Part shown: one piece after another, positions 50,796 to 64,000 of the stretch
How the letters are laid out: every line of letters starts with the position of its first letter
Position numbering within the stretch: the first letter of the stretch is position 1
Position numbers and translations under genes: made by a program
The notes under the pieces: model-generated
What the model saw: the letters and a program-made list of their open reading frames with translations, nothing else
Told to the model about the DNA's origin: nothing
The model's database searches: none
Assembly (NCBI RefSeq): GCF_964204645.1
Contig: NC_134030.1
Location: 19,242,210-19,306,209, forward strand
DNA length: 64,000 bases
Direction: 5' to 3'
Source of the DNA: Tubulanus polymorphus
Lineage: Eukaryota; Animalia; Nemertea

Positions 50796-51416
50796 GTTTA
50801 GAGGTTTATCTCAGCTAGTCAATGATTCATCACACTAACACTGGAGGTAAAGCTTGCAAAATAAATCCTACCACTGCTTCGATTCGATCTTTACTTTCTA
50901 TGTGGTTGTCGTAATTTACGTTGATTTCTTTTGAATTGGAATTCATTGCAGCGCATTAATTTTTCTTAGAGGAAATTTCAATGAAATAAGAACAACGATA
51001 TAACTAACAATTCGTCAACAATAATCAATATACGTAACAAACAACGCGAATCCCGCATGTGACCGGGAAGAGCACAACCGCCGCACGTTCCAGAGATATT
51101 TCGTCACTATTAACCACGAACTACTAGAAGTGGCAATTCCTGTCAAGTACTCATACAATTTACAACTGATCGATGGATTAATCATTAATATAGAACCAGT
51201 GTTTAGATTCAAGAGTACAAAGTATAAAACTGCAATCAGTGTATGATCTAAACAGTAAAGGAAATCACCGAGAAACAAAACGCTCAGATCTACGACTCGC
51301 CATAATCAGGAAAGTAGCCGAATTCCCGAAAACTCCCAACAGGAATGAGATTGGCAGAATAACCAGTAACCCCTGTGTAATTTTTGGAGGACACGTTGCG
51401 GTTATTTGGCGGGGCG
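50796..51416 (-). pseudogene. Family 'B' GPCR pseudogene, unit 2
   Basis: Copy of 39780-40400. Confidence 0.85.
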
Positions 51417-52907
51417 TTTAATGTCGTTGTGGAAATTGCTATGAAGAAAATAACTGTGGGAAGGTTTTGAGCATTTAGTTTAAAATTTCAATAATAACGA
51501 AAAGGCATTAGATTGAGTAAAAACAAATCATAACTAAATGAAGGATAAAACATCATTAGCCATTTTGATAGATGGATCTCCTTCTGTGAGGAAATTGCAT
51601 TAGTGAAGTTCAGCCTACCATTGGCAGCTCAGTGAGAAAGTTCATGACGATGCCTTAATCATTCAACTTGTGGTGTGTATTTTACTTAGTGCGATATATG
51701 TGTGGAATCGGATTGAAGCTGTTGTAGGATTTATGAATTAATTTCATGATTTAATTGTGAAATACCCGCAAAGCTCGCGTGATAAATTGACTGCTCGAGA
51801 TAAACTTTAACCTAGGTATTGAATAAATCGTTGTCAACATATTTACGTACATACATATCATTCAAATAATTTGAAAGTGTCATCAAAATAATTCAGCAAA
51901 GCTAAAATTCACTCGTAATACTTCTACGTTTTGAGGGTTCTTGGAGAACCCTTTTGTTATTCTGTTGATTAATATTATCATTACAGATTTTCTACTAGAA
52001 TTCATATTCTATCAGATTCGACGACTAACAGCTTCTAAACGAAATGTTGTACTCTGATAGTAATATAAAACGTCTTTCTGTCCGGGTAGATTCTATGTAT
52101 GTACCGTCCACCCTATTTTAAACTTAAAATCACATACTGTCAGCATAGAACTATAAGCGAACAGGAAGGCCGACTCCTCAAAAATCAACTAGGCGCCGTT
52201 AGTAATCGTGTGTTTTGGTCAGCGCCCTCACCGGTGGCGATAAACAATAGATGTTGTAGACTGGTTGCCGGTCTCTATTCTTAATTTAACGTTTTTCATT
52301 GATTTGTTTAAGTCTTAATAACAAATCTTGAAAAATGGCATTGTTCGATGTTAGCAAAGGCAAATGTATAGGGGCGTCACGAAGTTGGCCTTTCCTTTCG
52401 CTTATAGTTCTATGCCAAACAGACGAAAAACAATATTTTGCAGATATCACTACCTGAAAATAGATATTCAAGGCCTTTTTTGTAACGATTCAGAAATCCA
52501 AATGACCCATTCCGATCAGTGCCAATGTTTGGCAAGTGACACATCCTAACAGTAGTCATTAGTCTATATTGGGCATGGAACGTGTGAGTAATAATAATGC
52601 ATCAAAGATTTAATTCAGATGATATTGAAAAAGCCGGTTACTGAACCAGGATCAAAATTTGATAGATATATTTATTTCTAAAAGCCGCAAACATGTGTTT
52701 CCAAAACGACCATAAAAGGAGAACGATTTTGTGTAATATCGTGTCAACGCACGTCAGACGAAGAACTCTGTTCGAGTGTATCCTCACTGGTAACGAGGTA
52801 AGTGAAGCTATAGACGACAAGCTCAAATATTTCATCGCATAGTTACATGTAGATGTAACTACTAGAAGATTGTACTCAGTTAATCTAATTGAATCATCTT
52901 TTTCAGA

Positions 52908-53468
52908 ATGTTTACTAAAACTCTTTTCATCGCGTTGGCCTTGTTTATGGTCATTGGAGCTGTCTCGGCAACTGAAGGTAGGCTTTGATAACTCGATTTA
53001 ATTGCAATTAAATATTATGCTTTTTTCTAACTAAGCGAACATAAACTTACGTTCGTGCTAGCCTGAATTGGCACAGGTTAATAGTTAAGGCCTTACTCAT
53101 TTAATTCACGTGTTGTTCGCAAACGGGTCTGAAACACGGCCCCGGCCACGACCTATTTCGTCCGTCTTACATCAGTCGACCGTTACGTTTTACTTCCGGA
53201 TTGCCGCTTGCACTTATGTCGGGCACGATGACGCGCTGTTATGTTCACGAATGAAGTATATAAGGCCGAAACTAGCGATTCGCGGATTAGAACCTGCTTG
53301 TTTCAGGTCCGGCTGATTCTAATAAATCCGAGCTTATTTACAGGTGTGCGAAAGGTGAAGAGAGGAACCCCGTGTTGGTGCGGTAAAACAAAGGGTGTAT
53401 ATTACTGGAAAGGTAACTCAGCTCCGTCAAATTGTTGTTGGTATTTTCAAGGAGCATGTTGCCATTAA
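52908..53468 (+). CDS. Secreted APETx/BDS-like cysteine-rich peptide precursor, copy 2; exons 52908-52977 and 53344-53468
   Basis: Same 64-aa precursor and splice sites as copy 1. Confidence 0.88.
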
Positions 53469-56400
53469 CGTATAAGAGCCGCACGCGCTGATAAACACGT
53501 CATATTTTTGACATTCAATGAGTTGAATAGAAACAGTCAACCTGTATGATTAAATACAAAACACATATATGCTTTGTTTTTTCTCTTGGCTTTTATCTGT
53601 CAAAAACGCGGCGGTGTGTTCGTCATTGCAAACACGCATTTAGATGGGCGCCCCGGGTTCGAATCCACCTATTTTCAGACTTGCTCCGATGACAAATGGG
53701 GGCTAAACGGTCAGAGTTGCTTGATCCCAGTCGGTATATGATACCGCTGAGTAACTCGGATGTCGAAGAGAAGACAAGGAAGGTGACCCGGGTTCGAATC
53801 AAGACATATGCAGACACCCAGTTAGTTCAAATGCTCAAACGACACCTAACGCACTTCAATTCAGGACAAGTGAACACGATCAATCATTATCCACCGATGA
53901 GTTTGGAACAAGCCGGAACAAGCGATGCAGGATACTGGTCATCCTGTTATTATGCCAATGGTGTCTCGGTCATTTGCCTCTAATAAAAAAAAGACGAATA
54001 GTAGGCCTCGGTAATACCAAAAATGATTTATCCAGACACAGCGATTTAACAATTACCTGCATGAAAACATTTTTCTTTTCAGTATATTTATATTGATTTC
54101 CTGTCACTTTTCTAAAATCGACGAATAATGAAACTAGACGTATCGGCCCAACTCCGCGCGGTCGCGCCACCGCGCGGGATTTACGCGAAGCAGCAGAACA
54201 CAAACACGGCCACTCTCTCAATTTTCAATGATAGAAATCGTGTGTGGATTTCAATTATTTCGGCTGTTAGGGTTATAAGGCACAATATATGTTGATGATG
54301 TGGTATGGCGATGTTAATTAATGATAATTCCGCAGTGAAGCTAGTCACGAACGGTGCCGATTGAGTGTACAGCTGCCAAAAACACTGAAATGTGCGTAGT
54401 TGCGTAACTATTTGCAGTGAATTGCAGACGAAACATGAAGCCTTAACGGCCGTTTAAAAAAAAATTATACCAATCGCAATTGTAAAATAAAAATGAGATA
54501 GAACCTAAGTTGAAATTCTGGCCATTTCTAAAATGTTATTACTAACTTTTAGTCAGTGCCGAACGTTTAGTTTTCCAACAATAATGAGGGGTGGTAGGTA
54601 GTCATGCAATTCAAGTCATCATTTATTACACGTTACTTCCGTGTTGTTGAAAATCTCGCGAGTCCTGGACCAAACCCCATTGAACAATGTGATCTGTGTG
54701 CTGGCCACAAATGCACACAGATCACACTACACTACCCATTACACACTCCAGTACCCACAGCTTTCATATATCCATCCAAATATTTAGAGTGTCTTTCTTC
54801 CTGGGTTCAAACAAGAGCCCCGTGGGGCTTGATGCGGCAGCTTCACAAATTATAATGGATCTCAAAGAGCTGGGCTTCGACAGATTTCATACTTAGAATG
54901 CTTGACGAACAGGCTTTTAAATCATTTCCATGACTTTTTGCAGCAACTTGACTTAAACGGAAATATCAAGATACGGATTGATTTGAGCTTTTTTCAAAAT
55001 TATATATGAATGATGAAAACACACTATTTTTCAACGTGGTGTTTTGGCGGAATTTCAGAGAAGTAGTTAAAAAGCCTGTCTCCACTTGAACTGAGCATTT
55101 TTCCAGGACATTTTTATGAAAATCCGTCAAATGAAACGATCTCAACACACCATTGTATCATAGAACTCATGAGATCAATAATTAGATGTAATAATCACAC
55201 GACTCATCAAACGTACCAGTAGAGGAGAACCGCAAACCAGGAAACACGCGTACAAAGTCTACAAACGGTACGAAATTCAGAGCATTCAGTACGAATGCCG
55301 ACGAATTCAAACTTTCATTCTTTCCTAGAACTGTCATCCGGTGGAATCAGAGTACTAAGGACGAGATCGACTTTACCCGCGCAAGACCCCGTTGCACCGC
55401 TGAACAATTAGCACCAACTCCCTGCGTCACCAATACGTCCACTTCATGTATTAATGTTTTCATATCTCCGTCCATTTATTTACATCATTTAGGAATTTAT
55501 ACCAATAATGAGCCATCCACACGTTATCTATAGATTTTCATTCGCATCCAATGCGCAGACTAATCAAATGAATAAATTTGATTTCAACTTAAAGTTTCGA
55601 ATACATAGAAGCTTAATGCGGAAATTATTAATGAATATCAGTGTGCGAGTTGTCGAATATATTCGTAACAGAAGTTTGAATATTTCTTTAAAGCGCTCCT
55701 GCCGTATCTACTTCAAGCATTTTACGCAGCCCCCGAACGTTTTGTCTTAAGTCCTACCTCGAGGCTGGCTTATATCGACAAGCGACGCGACGCATACCGA
55801 CTCCTACCGACGCAACTGAGAGCAACCGCGACCGTAGCTCAGCTTATGACGACTGAGCTCCGAATCCAGCAACTGAGACCGACTATCGGGATACGAGATC
55901 CTCCCTGCTTATGTCGGTTACGAATCCTGGCAACTGCACCGGCTCAGATGGTTCTTAGAAGCCGTTCATACTTTTTCCTCGATGGCTATATAGGCCATTT
56001 GCAACCTCGTTTTGTAAGCCCCCAAAGAACACGCCAGCACGTAAATGAACCAATACACAAGACAATAAGGGATCCAATCGGCAAATTTTCAAAAACTGAT
56101 CACATGTTCACCCGATACGTATTTAATCGAAAATGAACTACAAACACCATACATTAGACATTTTCATCAGCACACCTTCCCTATAACTGTGATCGCCCGG
56201 ATGAAAACGGCAAAAACATGCCATGTTTACCACCGTAATAGAAGAATAACCAATTCGCAAGCCAATTTAACTTAACAAAGGAAAAACTGTGTTTAGGTTG
56301 AAAAGGAAAGGATTCATCCACCCATAAATCTTTGTCCAGCACATCTATTAGTATAAACCATATTTTCCTAGAATAAAGATAAAAAATATCTGAATTCACC

Positions 56401-57122
56401 CGATATATATGCATTTTGATTTTCATTTACACGCCAAGGGCGTAGCTGATATTATTGTGGTATGTAATGTAAACTTGAAATAAATAATTAAAAGGAGAAA
56501 TTGTTGTGATTGATGAAATATTGTAAAAGTACGTGCTCTAGCCGAGGACATGTTCACATAAGAGTAAAGTGCTAACTGGTATTACATTTGAACAATATAG
56601 TAGGTTGTCTTGTAAAATTAAGTAAAAATGTACTTCTTAATATATCAAAGAACAACGAAACATCGAAATTAGCTGCATCCGCACAATTGGGACGTCTTCA
56701 AATATTATTTGTACATCTTTGAGACGGTTGTTAAAATTCTAACCGCACCCAAGCTTCTAGCTATTTCAGCATCGACTTACGAAAGTATCCTTTCTGAACG
56801 AAAAAAAAAATTAAAAAAAAGGAACGAAGGTACACACAAAACCATTGAAGTAAAACAAAATGAAACCCTATAACGATATGCAGGTTTAAGTCGTGTTCCG
56901 TTTCGGCAGAGATCGATTGCGCGGGGTGTGGATGATCAGTGGTACTAGTGATAATCAATTTGAATGAAATAACAACAAAATACGTATTATTTAAATCATT
57001 TGATATTATTGCAAAATCTAACAAACTCATTGTTTTGAAGGGATTCAATTTTCATTTTTTGGAAAGAGTCATCTTCATTTGAATTTCACGGTGAATTACG
57101 ACTGGACCTTTTATGTCAAGGT

Positions 57123-58043
57123 TTATAATTGATAATAATCTTAGCTCCTTCTTCAACGTCATTCCGGAAATTCTGACTCCACAAAAATATGTACGCATTG
57201 ACAGCATGGTTTGCCTGATAGAAAACAAGACCGAATGCGTTGCAAATTATTGCAATGTTCCAAAAGCCAAATGTTAATCACAATGATTCATGTAATACAA
57301 GAATGTTTCTGTGCCATGCTCTTCTAGAATTCCAGTAAGAACTGCAATAAATGACAAACCTAAAAATGCTACCGAGGTTGAAACTACTAGAATTGTGATA
57401 TTCTTAGCAGTAGCTAGTTTTATTTTCTAGTATCTTGTTTAGTTGTTTCTATTCTTACGGACTTTCTTACAAAAACTATTATGAAACCATTTGCGACAGC
57501 CACTTTGGCAAATGGAAAAAAAATAATGCTAGGATATTATTAAGATTTGAAAAGATCGTTGAGCCAGTAAGGTTTACAATCATACAAGTTGTCAATTTAC
57601 CACTTAGATCTACGTCTCTGTGAAAAGCTGCCCCGACTACATTTACGATGAACACTTATAATGCCTATAGCTCTTTTAGCCCTTGTGACAGTGCACACAA
57701 TGCGGCAGCTTTTAGAGGTTTGGAAACTGCTACTGCGCGATCTATCGTCATCATGGCCAGAATCGAGATGGATTCTTGTTGAGGACAGTTAGCGTGGAAA
57801 GCTTTCGCGATACACATGGCTCTGCTGAACTTCACATGGGCTACATCAGATAGGGCACCTCGACACTGAGTATCGCAAATAAATCCGCCATTCCTAAAGC
57901 TAACATATTAAAATGACCAGAACTATGTGCTGATTTCTTATAAGTTCCCAAAACGATGATTACCAAACCAATAAGACTTAAAAAAGGAAACACGTATGCA
58001 GAAACTTTGTTTAGGTTGATCGTGAACGGCTTTATCCACCCAC
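57123..58043 (-). pseudogene. Family 'A' GPCR pseudogene, unit 3
   Basis: Copy of 35085-36004 that retains several ancestral bases. Confidence 0.88.
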
Positions 58044-59002
58044 GATAGCCATTTTACAAAGTCTTAATGATGGTGAACTTAACCTCACTTACGTGTTGTG
58101 TGGTTGGTGTATTCCATGGTTAGTACTTGCGGGCCATCTCTAATCCTGAAGTAAGCCAAGCACAAGAACACGTTCCAAAAGACTAACCGAACATGCAATA
58201 TTGTAAAACCGATATTTCTTGTCAAAAGGGAGTAGCCATCGTGAATTCCGAAATGACTGAATAATCTTTTCAAACTGGCAGAAATTGTGCTGTCGTTATG
58301 ATCAAATTTGATAGATTTCTCGTTGTCGCGAGTCCGTTGTATTTCAAACAATGTTGGAATAAAATCAAATTATTTTCTGTCTATATTCAACGCATTTATT
58401 TGGCAGTTTGTTACTGGGCGTATTATTTTCCAATTTTCCATCAAAGGACAACCAAACATAGAAATTACCTTGTCGAATTATAAGTACTTCTGGATAATCA
58501 AAGCTCCTCAAATGTCGTTTGGATTTCGTCTCGGAATCTCCGGTGGTAAACTAATGGTTAGGTGTAATGTTGGACTCTTCCTAAGTGTTTTCGTCCGAAA
58601 ATTTCTTCATTTACTGCGTGACGAACAACACGTCTTTAAGAGAAGATGCATAAGATGTTTTCCTCATAAATCATTCGTGCGATTCGTATTAAAGATATTT
58701 CTTCAATAACAGGACAAATCCTTCTTGCGATCAGATTCTTCAATCAACACCACAAATTTAGTTTTCCCAGTTATTTCCCAGTTAAGTAATTTCTCATAGT
58801 ATTTATTGATCTAAATAATGCTTTAGAATAAAATTGCAAGAAAATACGTATTACTAAACTCGTTTCAAATTTTGCAAATCTTACATGGTTCATTCAATGG
58901 CGTTAGTTAAAATCATCATCATTTTAAATGCAAACAGTCATCTTGAATTGGATTTTATCATAGTGAATTACGAATGGCACTCCGGGCCTTTTTAGTGCAA
59001 GT

Positions 59003-59980
59003 TTAAAGCCTATTGATGAATATCTTAGCTCCTTCTTTGACATCATTTCGAAAGTTTTGACTACACAAAAATATATACGCATTGATAGCATGGTTTGCCT
59101 GATAGAAAACAAGACCGACTGCATTACCAATTATTACAAATGTCCCAAAAGCCAAATGTTCATCACAATGATTCATGTAATACAAGTATGTTTCTGTGCC
59201 ATGCTCATATTCTAAGATTCCAGTAAGAGCCGCAAGAAATGACAAACCTAAAAATGCTACCGAAGTTGAAACTACTAAAATTGTGATTTTCTTAGCCGTA
59301 GCCTGTTTTCTAGCGTCTTGCTTAGTTGTGTCCATGCTAGCAGACTATCTCACACCAACTATGAAACCATTTGCAACAACGACGATAACAAATGGAAGAA
59401 ATAATGCCAGGATGTTATTAAGATTTGAATAGATTGCGGAGCCAGTAAGGTTTACAATCATACAAGTTGTCCATTTACCACTGAGATCTATATCTCTGTG
59501 AAAAGTTGATCCAACAATGTTTGTAATGACCAGAAACACACTTATAATACTTATAGCTTTCTTAGCCCTTGTGACAGTACACAATATTACAGCTTTTAGA
59601 GGTTTGGAAACTGCTACTGCGCGATCTATCGTCATCATGACCAGAATCCAGATGGATACTTGTTTAGGACAATTAGCGTGGAAAGCTTTCACTATACACA
59701 TGGACCTGCTGAACTTCACGTGAGCTACATCCATCAAATAGGGCACCTCGACACTGAATATCGCGTATAAATCCGCCATTCCTAAAGCTAACATATAGAA
59801 ATGACCAGAACTATATGACGATTTCTTATATGTTCCCAAAACGATAATTATCAAAACAATCAGACTTAATAGAGGAAACACGTATGCAGAAACTCGGTTC
59901 AGGTTGAAAGTGAACGGCATCGTCCACCCATAAATCTTTGTCCAACACATTTTACTCTCAGAGATATTAGTATAAACCAT
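59003..59980 (-). pseudogene. Family 'A' GPCR, unit 3, disrupted by a premature stop
   Basis: AAG(K)>TAG at 59345-59347 after TM5, plus a 3-bp deletion (FIIVG>FIVG); splits into 211-aa and 110-aa ORFs. Confidence 0.88.
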
Positions 59981-61822
59981 ATTTTCCTAGAATAAAAATG
60001 AAAAATATGTCTCAATTAAGTCCATATGTATTTCGCTTTCGTTTCCACGCCGAATACCCAGATGATATGATTGTGGTATATGTAATGTAAATATAAAAAT
60101 CATCAGAAAACTTGTGTTGCGATTGGGGAAATATAGTGAAATCACGTGTCCAAGCCGAAGATCCAAACGAAGTGTCGTACATATACGACTAACGTGTTTA
60201 TCCGGTACCAGGTACACGATAAGGGTGATGTAGTTGACTTTACAATTGATTATGTATATAGACATATTGATGGCGTGTGTAGGACTTGTACTAAAAGTTA
60301 AGGGATACTTCTGAACAATCACAGGACAACCAAACATTGAAATCAAGGAGCGTTCGAATAGTACGTACGGTCAATTTTGCCGATTTTAGACCCCCGCACC
60401 TTGTACGATCGTTGCTTCATATTTTATCGACTCTCTCCAAATCGTGACGCACATTTAGAAATAGCACATCCCCGTCCCCATCTAAACCAATGAGGTGGCC
60501 ATTATGTAATCCTTAAACAATTAGCACTCAAGCCGTCCGTATCCGCCGTGCATATTACACCTCAAGCCGCCCGAATCTGCCCGGCACCTTTTTCGTATGC
60601 TGCAAGAAAACGATTAAACCCAATAGCTCATGATAAACTAGACACCTAAGTCCTCGAAATACCGAACGTTCAACATCTTATTTCAATTTGTCTAGTATTT
60701 TGAGCTTGAACACGACAGATCTGAGTGCGCAGTTTAAATCCAAGTAAGTTTGGATGAATTTTGGGGCCAAAGGACACGATTTTGGTGGCCCAGCTCATCA
60801 AATCTTACATCATATATTATAAAAGCCTATCTGAAAATATCTAAAAATTATTGTGGATTCAACAAAAGGGAACAATAGAAAAAAAAAACAAAAGCTTAAC
60901 ATTATTGCTAGAGATAAAAGTAGAATTTCCAATGATTTTCCTATAGTAAATTAGACATAAGTTACTTGCGGTGAAAATTCGTACTATGAATACTCGGTCT
61001 CTGATTGGCTGGTCGAATTCCTGCGATCGGAAGCAACTGTCGGCCTAATCGGGTTGGTTACCGTAGCAAGCCGGCTTTTGGGGAAATGATTTAGGAGCAA
61101 CTGGCGACCTCTCGTAGGCCGCCAGTTGCCGCTAACCGGCCATATTACCCAGTGTTGTCGGTAGGTCGCTTGTTTTGTAATATCGATTTCAATCTTTGAT
61201 AGGTGTGAATGGATCTCAGATATTGATCCATGTATCACGAAGGAGGTTGTAATATTCAAAATACGAATGACACAATACTATAAAGTCCATTTTGAAAACA
61301 TTCTTTTATATCCGTTATTTTTTATATTCGGGACATCGTAACCCAAACGGTATATTTCTACGGATCAATTGATTCGCGATTCCTGGATTGGTGGGAATAG
61401 ATAATTCTCTTAAGAATGCCTATGCCGTATGATTTTGTTTTTGTATACTTCATCTTATTCAATTCATTGTAATAATGAGGACACCGTGCCAGCAGCTATC
61501 CCACTAGATGACGTGCGAATATCAGTGCAACAACCATGTCAAAATCTAGTTCATTTTTAAAGAACCCTCATTCAGATGTTTAGCCTCCATCATCAGAATA
61601 TACCATGATTGACCAAAATACTAAATTTCAACGCCCAGTTGGTACGAAGTTTCCTATTGATATGTACCGCATATGCTCTCATAATCTGGATGATATTTGC
61701 CGAAACAAGTTAATTATTCGATATTTACGTAGGTTTAAGTTAATCTCGTACAGTCAATTTATCACACTATCAGTAGAGGTGGCCCCATTGCTTTTCTGAA
61801 CTGTTGAATCAATGATTAATTT

Positions 61823-62443
61823 GTTTAGAGGTTTATCTCAGCTAGTCAATGATTCATCACACTAACACTGGAGGTAAAGCTTGCAAAATAAATCCTACCA
61901 CTGCTTCGATTCGATCTTTACTTTCTATGTGGTTGTCGTAATTTACGTTGATTTCTTTTGAATTGGAATTTTTTGCAGCGCATTAATTTTTCTTAGAGGA
62001 AATTTCAATGAAATAAGAACAACGATATAACTAACAATTCGTCAACAATAATCAATATACGTAACAAACAACGCGAATCCCGCATGTGACCGGGAAGAGC
62101 ACAACCGCCGCACGTTCCAGAGATATTTCGTCACTATTAACCACGAACTACTAGAAGTGGCAATTCCTGTCAAGTACTCATACAATTTACAACTGATCGA
62201 TGGATTAATCATTAATATAGAACCAGTGTTTAGATTCAAGAGTACAAAGTATAAAACTGCAATCAGTGTATGATCTAAACAGTAAAGGAAATCACCGAGA
62301 AACAAAACGCTCAGATCTACGACTCGCCATAATCAGGAAAGTAGCCGAATTCCCGAAAACTCCCAACAGGAATGAGATTGGCAGAATAACCAGTAACCCC
62401 TGTGTAATTTTTGGAGGACACGTTGCGGTTATTTGGCGGGGCG
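61823..62443 (-). pseudogene. Family 'B' GPCR pseudogene, unit 3
   Basis: Copy of 39780-40400. Confidence 0.85.
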
Positions 62444-63934
62444 TTTAATGTCGTTGTGGAAATTGCTATGAAGAAAATAACTGTGGGAAGGTTTTGAGCA
62501 TTTAGTTTAAAATTTCAATAATAACGAAAAGGCATTAGATTGAGTAAAAACAAATCATAACTAAATGAAGGATAAAACATCATTAGCCATTTTGATAGAT
62601 GGATCTCCTTCTGTGAGGAAATTGCATTAGTGAAGTTCAGCCTACCATTGGCAGCTCGGTGAGAAAATTCATGACGATGCCTTAATCATTCAACCTGTGG
62701 TGTGTATTTTACTTAGTGCGATATATGTTTGGAATCGGATTGAAGCTGTTGTAGGATTTATGAATTAATTTCATGATTTAATTGTGAAATACCCGCAAAG
62801 CTCGCGTGATAAATTGACTGCTCGAGATAAACTTTAACCTAGGTATTGAATAAATCGTTGTCAACATATTTACGTACATACATATCATTCAAATAATTTG
62901 AAAGTGTCATCAAAATAATTCAGCAAAGCTAAAATTCACTCGTAATACTTCTACGTTTTGAGGGTTCTTGGAGAACCCTTTTATTATTCTGTTGATTAAT
63001 ATTATCATTACAGATTTTCCACTAGAATTCATATTCTATCAGATTCGACAACTAACGGCTTCTAAACGAAATGTTGTACCCTGATAGTAATATAAAACGT
63101 CTTTCTGTCCGGGTAGATTCTATGTATGTACCGTCCACCCTATTTTAAACTTAAAATCACATACTGTCAGCATAGAACTATAAGCGAACGGGAAGGCCGA
63201 CTCCTCAAAAATCAACTAGGCGCCGTTAGTAATCGTGTGTTTTGGTCAGCGCCCTCACCGGTGGCGATAAACAATAGATGTTGTAGACTGGTTGCCGGTC
63301 TCTATTCTTAATTTAACGTTTTTCATTGATTTATTTAAGTCTTAATAACAAATCTTGAAAAATGGCATTGTTCGATGTTAGCAAAGGCAAATGTATAGGG
63401 GCGTCACGAAGTTGGCCTTTCCTTTCGCTTATAGTTCTATGCCAAACAGACGAAAAACAATATTTTGCAGATATCACTACCTGAAAATAGATATTCAAGG
63501 CCTTTTTTGTAACGATTCAGAAATCCAAATGACCCATTCCGATCAGTGCCAATGTTTGGCAAGTGACACATCCTAACAGTAGTCATTAGTCTATATTGGG
63601 CATGGAACGTGTGAGTAATAATAATGCATCAAAGATTTAATTCAGATGATATTGAAAAAGCCGGTTACTGAACCAGGATCAAAATTTGATAGATATATTT
63701 ATTTCTAAAAGCCGCAAACATGTGTTTCCAAAACGACCATAAAAGGAGAACGATTTTGTGTAATATCGTGTCAACGCACGTCAGACGAAGAACTATGTTC
63801 GAGTGTATCCTCACTGGTAACGAGGTAAGTGAAGCTATAGACGACAAGCTCAAATATTTCATCGCATAGTTACATGTAGATGTAACTTCTAAAAGATTGT
63901 ACTCAGTTAATCTAATTGAATCATCTTTTTCAGA

Positions 63935-64000
63935 ATGTTTACTAAAACTCTTTTCATCGCTTTGACCTTGTTTATGGTCATTGGAGCCGTCGCGGCAACT
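63935..64000 (+). CDS. APETx/BDS-like peptide precursor, copy 3 (signal-peptide exon only; truncated by the window end)
   Basis: MFTKTLFIALTLFMVIGAVAAT; differs from copies 1 and 2 by A11T and S20A. Confidence 0.8.
   Translation, partial: MFTKTLFIALTLFMVIGAVAAT

Larger units (their letters stand above)
43121..54136 (+). repeat. Tandem segmental duplication, unit 2 (11,016 bp)
   Basis: Nearly identical to unit 1. Confidence 0.97.
54137..64000 (+). repeat. Tandem segmental duplication, unit 3 (runs off the window; more diverged)
   Basis: Same content, with scattered SNPs and indels from ~55760 onward. Confidence 0.97.

Overview
AT-rich, intron-containing invertebrate (probably bilaterian) genomic DNA with three parts. 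(1) 0.7-7.7 kb: a cluster of single-coding-exon class A (rhodopsin-like) orphan GPCR genes plus relics. (2) 8.85-24.7 kb: a complete 12-exon sorting nexin 4 (SNX4) gene (439 aa by manual splicing), whose introns carry MITEs, SINEs and minisatellites. (3) 32.1 kb to the window end: a near-perfect ~11.0 kb tandem triplication. Each unit holds a GPCR gene (intact in units 1 and 2, nonsense-broken in unit 3), several GPCR pseudogenes and a small spliced gene that the ORF track misses. That gene encodes a 64-aa secreted precursor: signal peptide, short propeptide ending in KR, then the 34-aa six-cysteine peptide GTPCWCGKTKGVYYWKGNSAPSNCCWYFQGACCH. The peptide resembles sea-anemone APETx/BDS (beta-defensin-fold) toxins but has a rearranged cysteine framework. 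This amplified toxin/defensin-like gene, co-duplicated with candidate chemoreceptors, is the most notable item. All calls come from manual reading; no searches were run.
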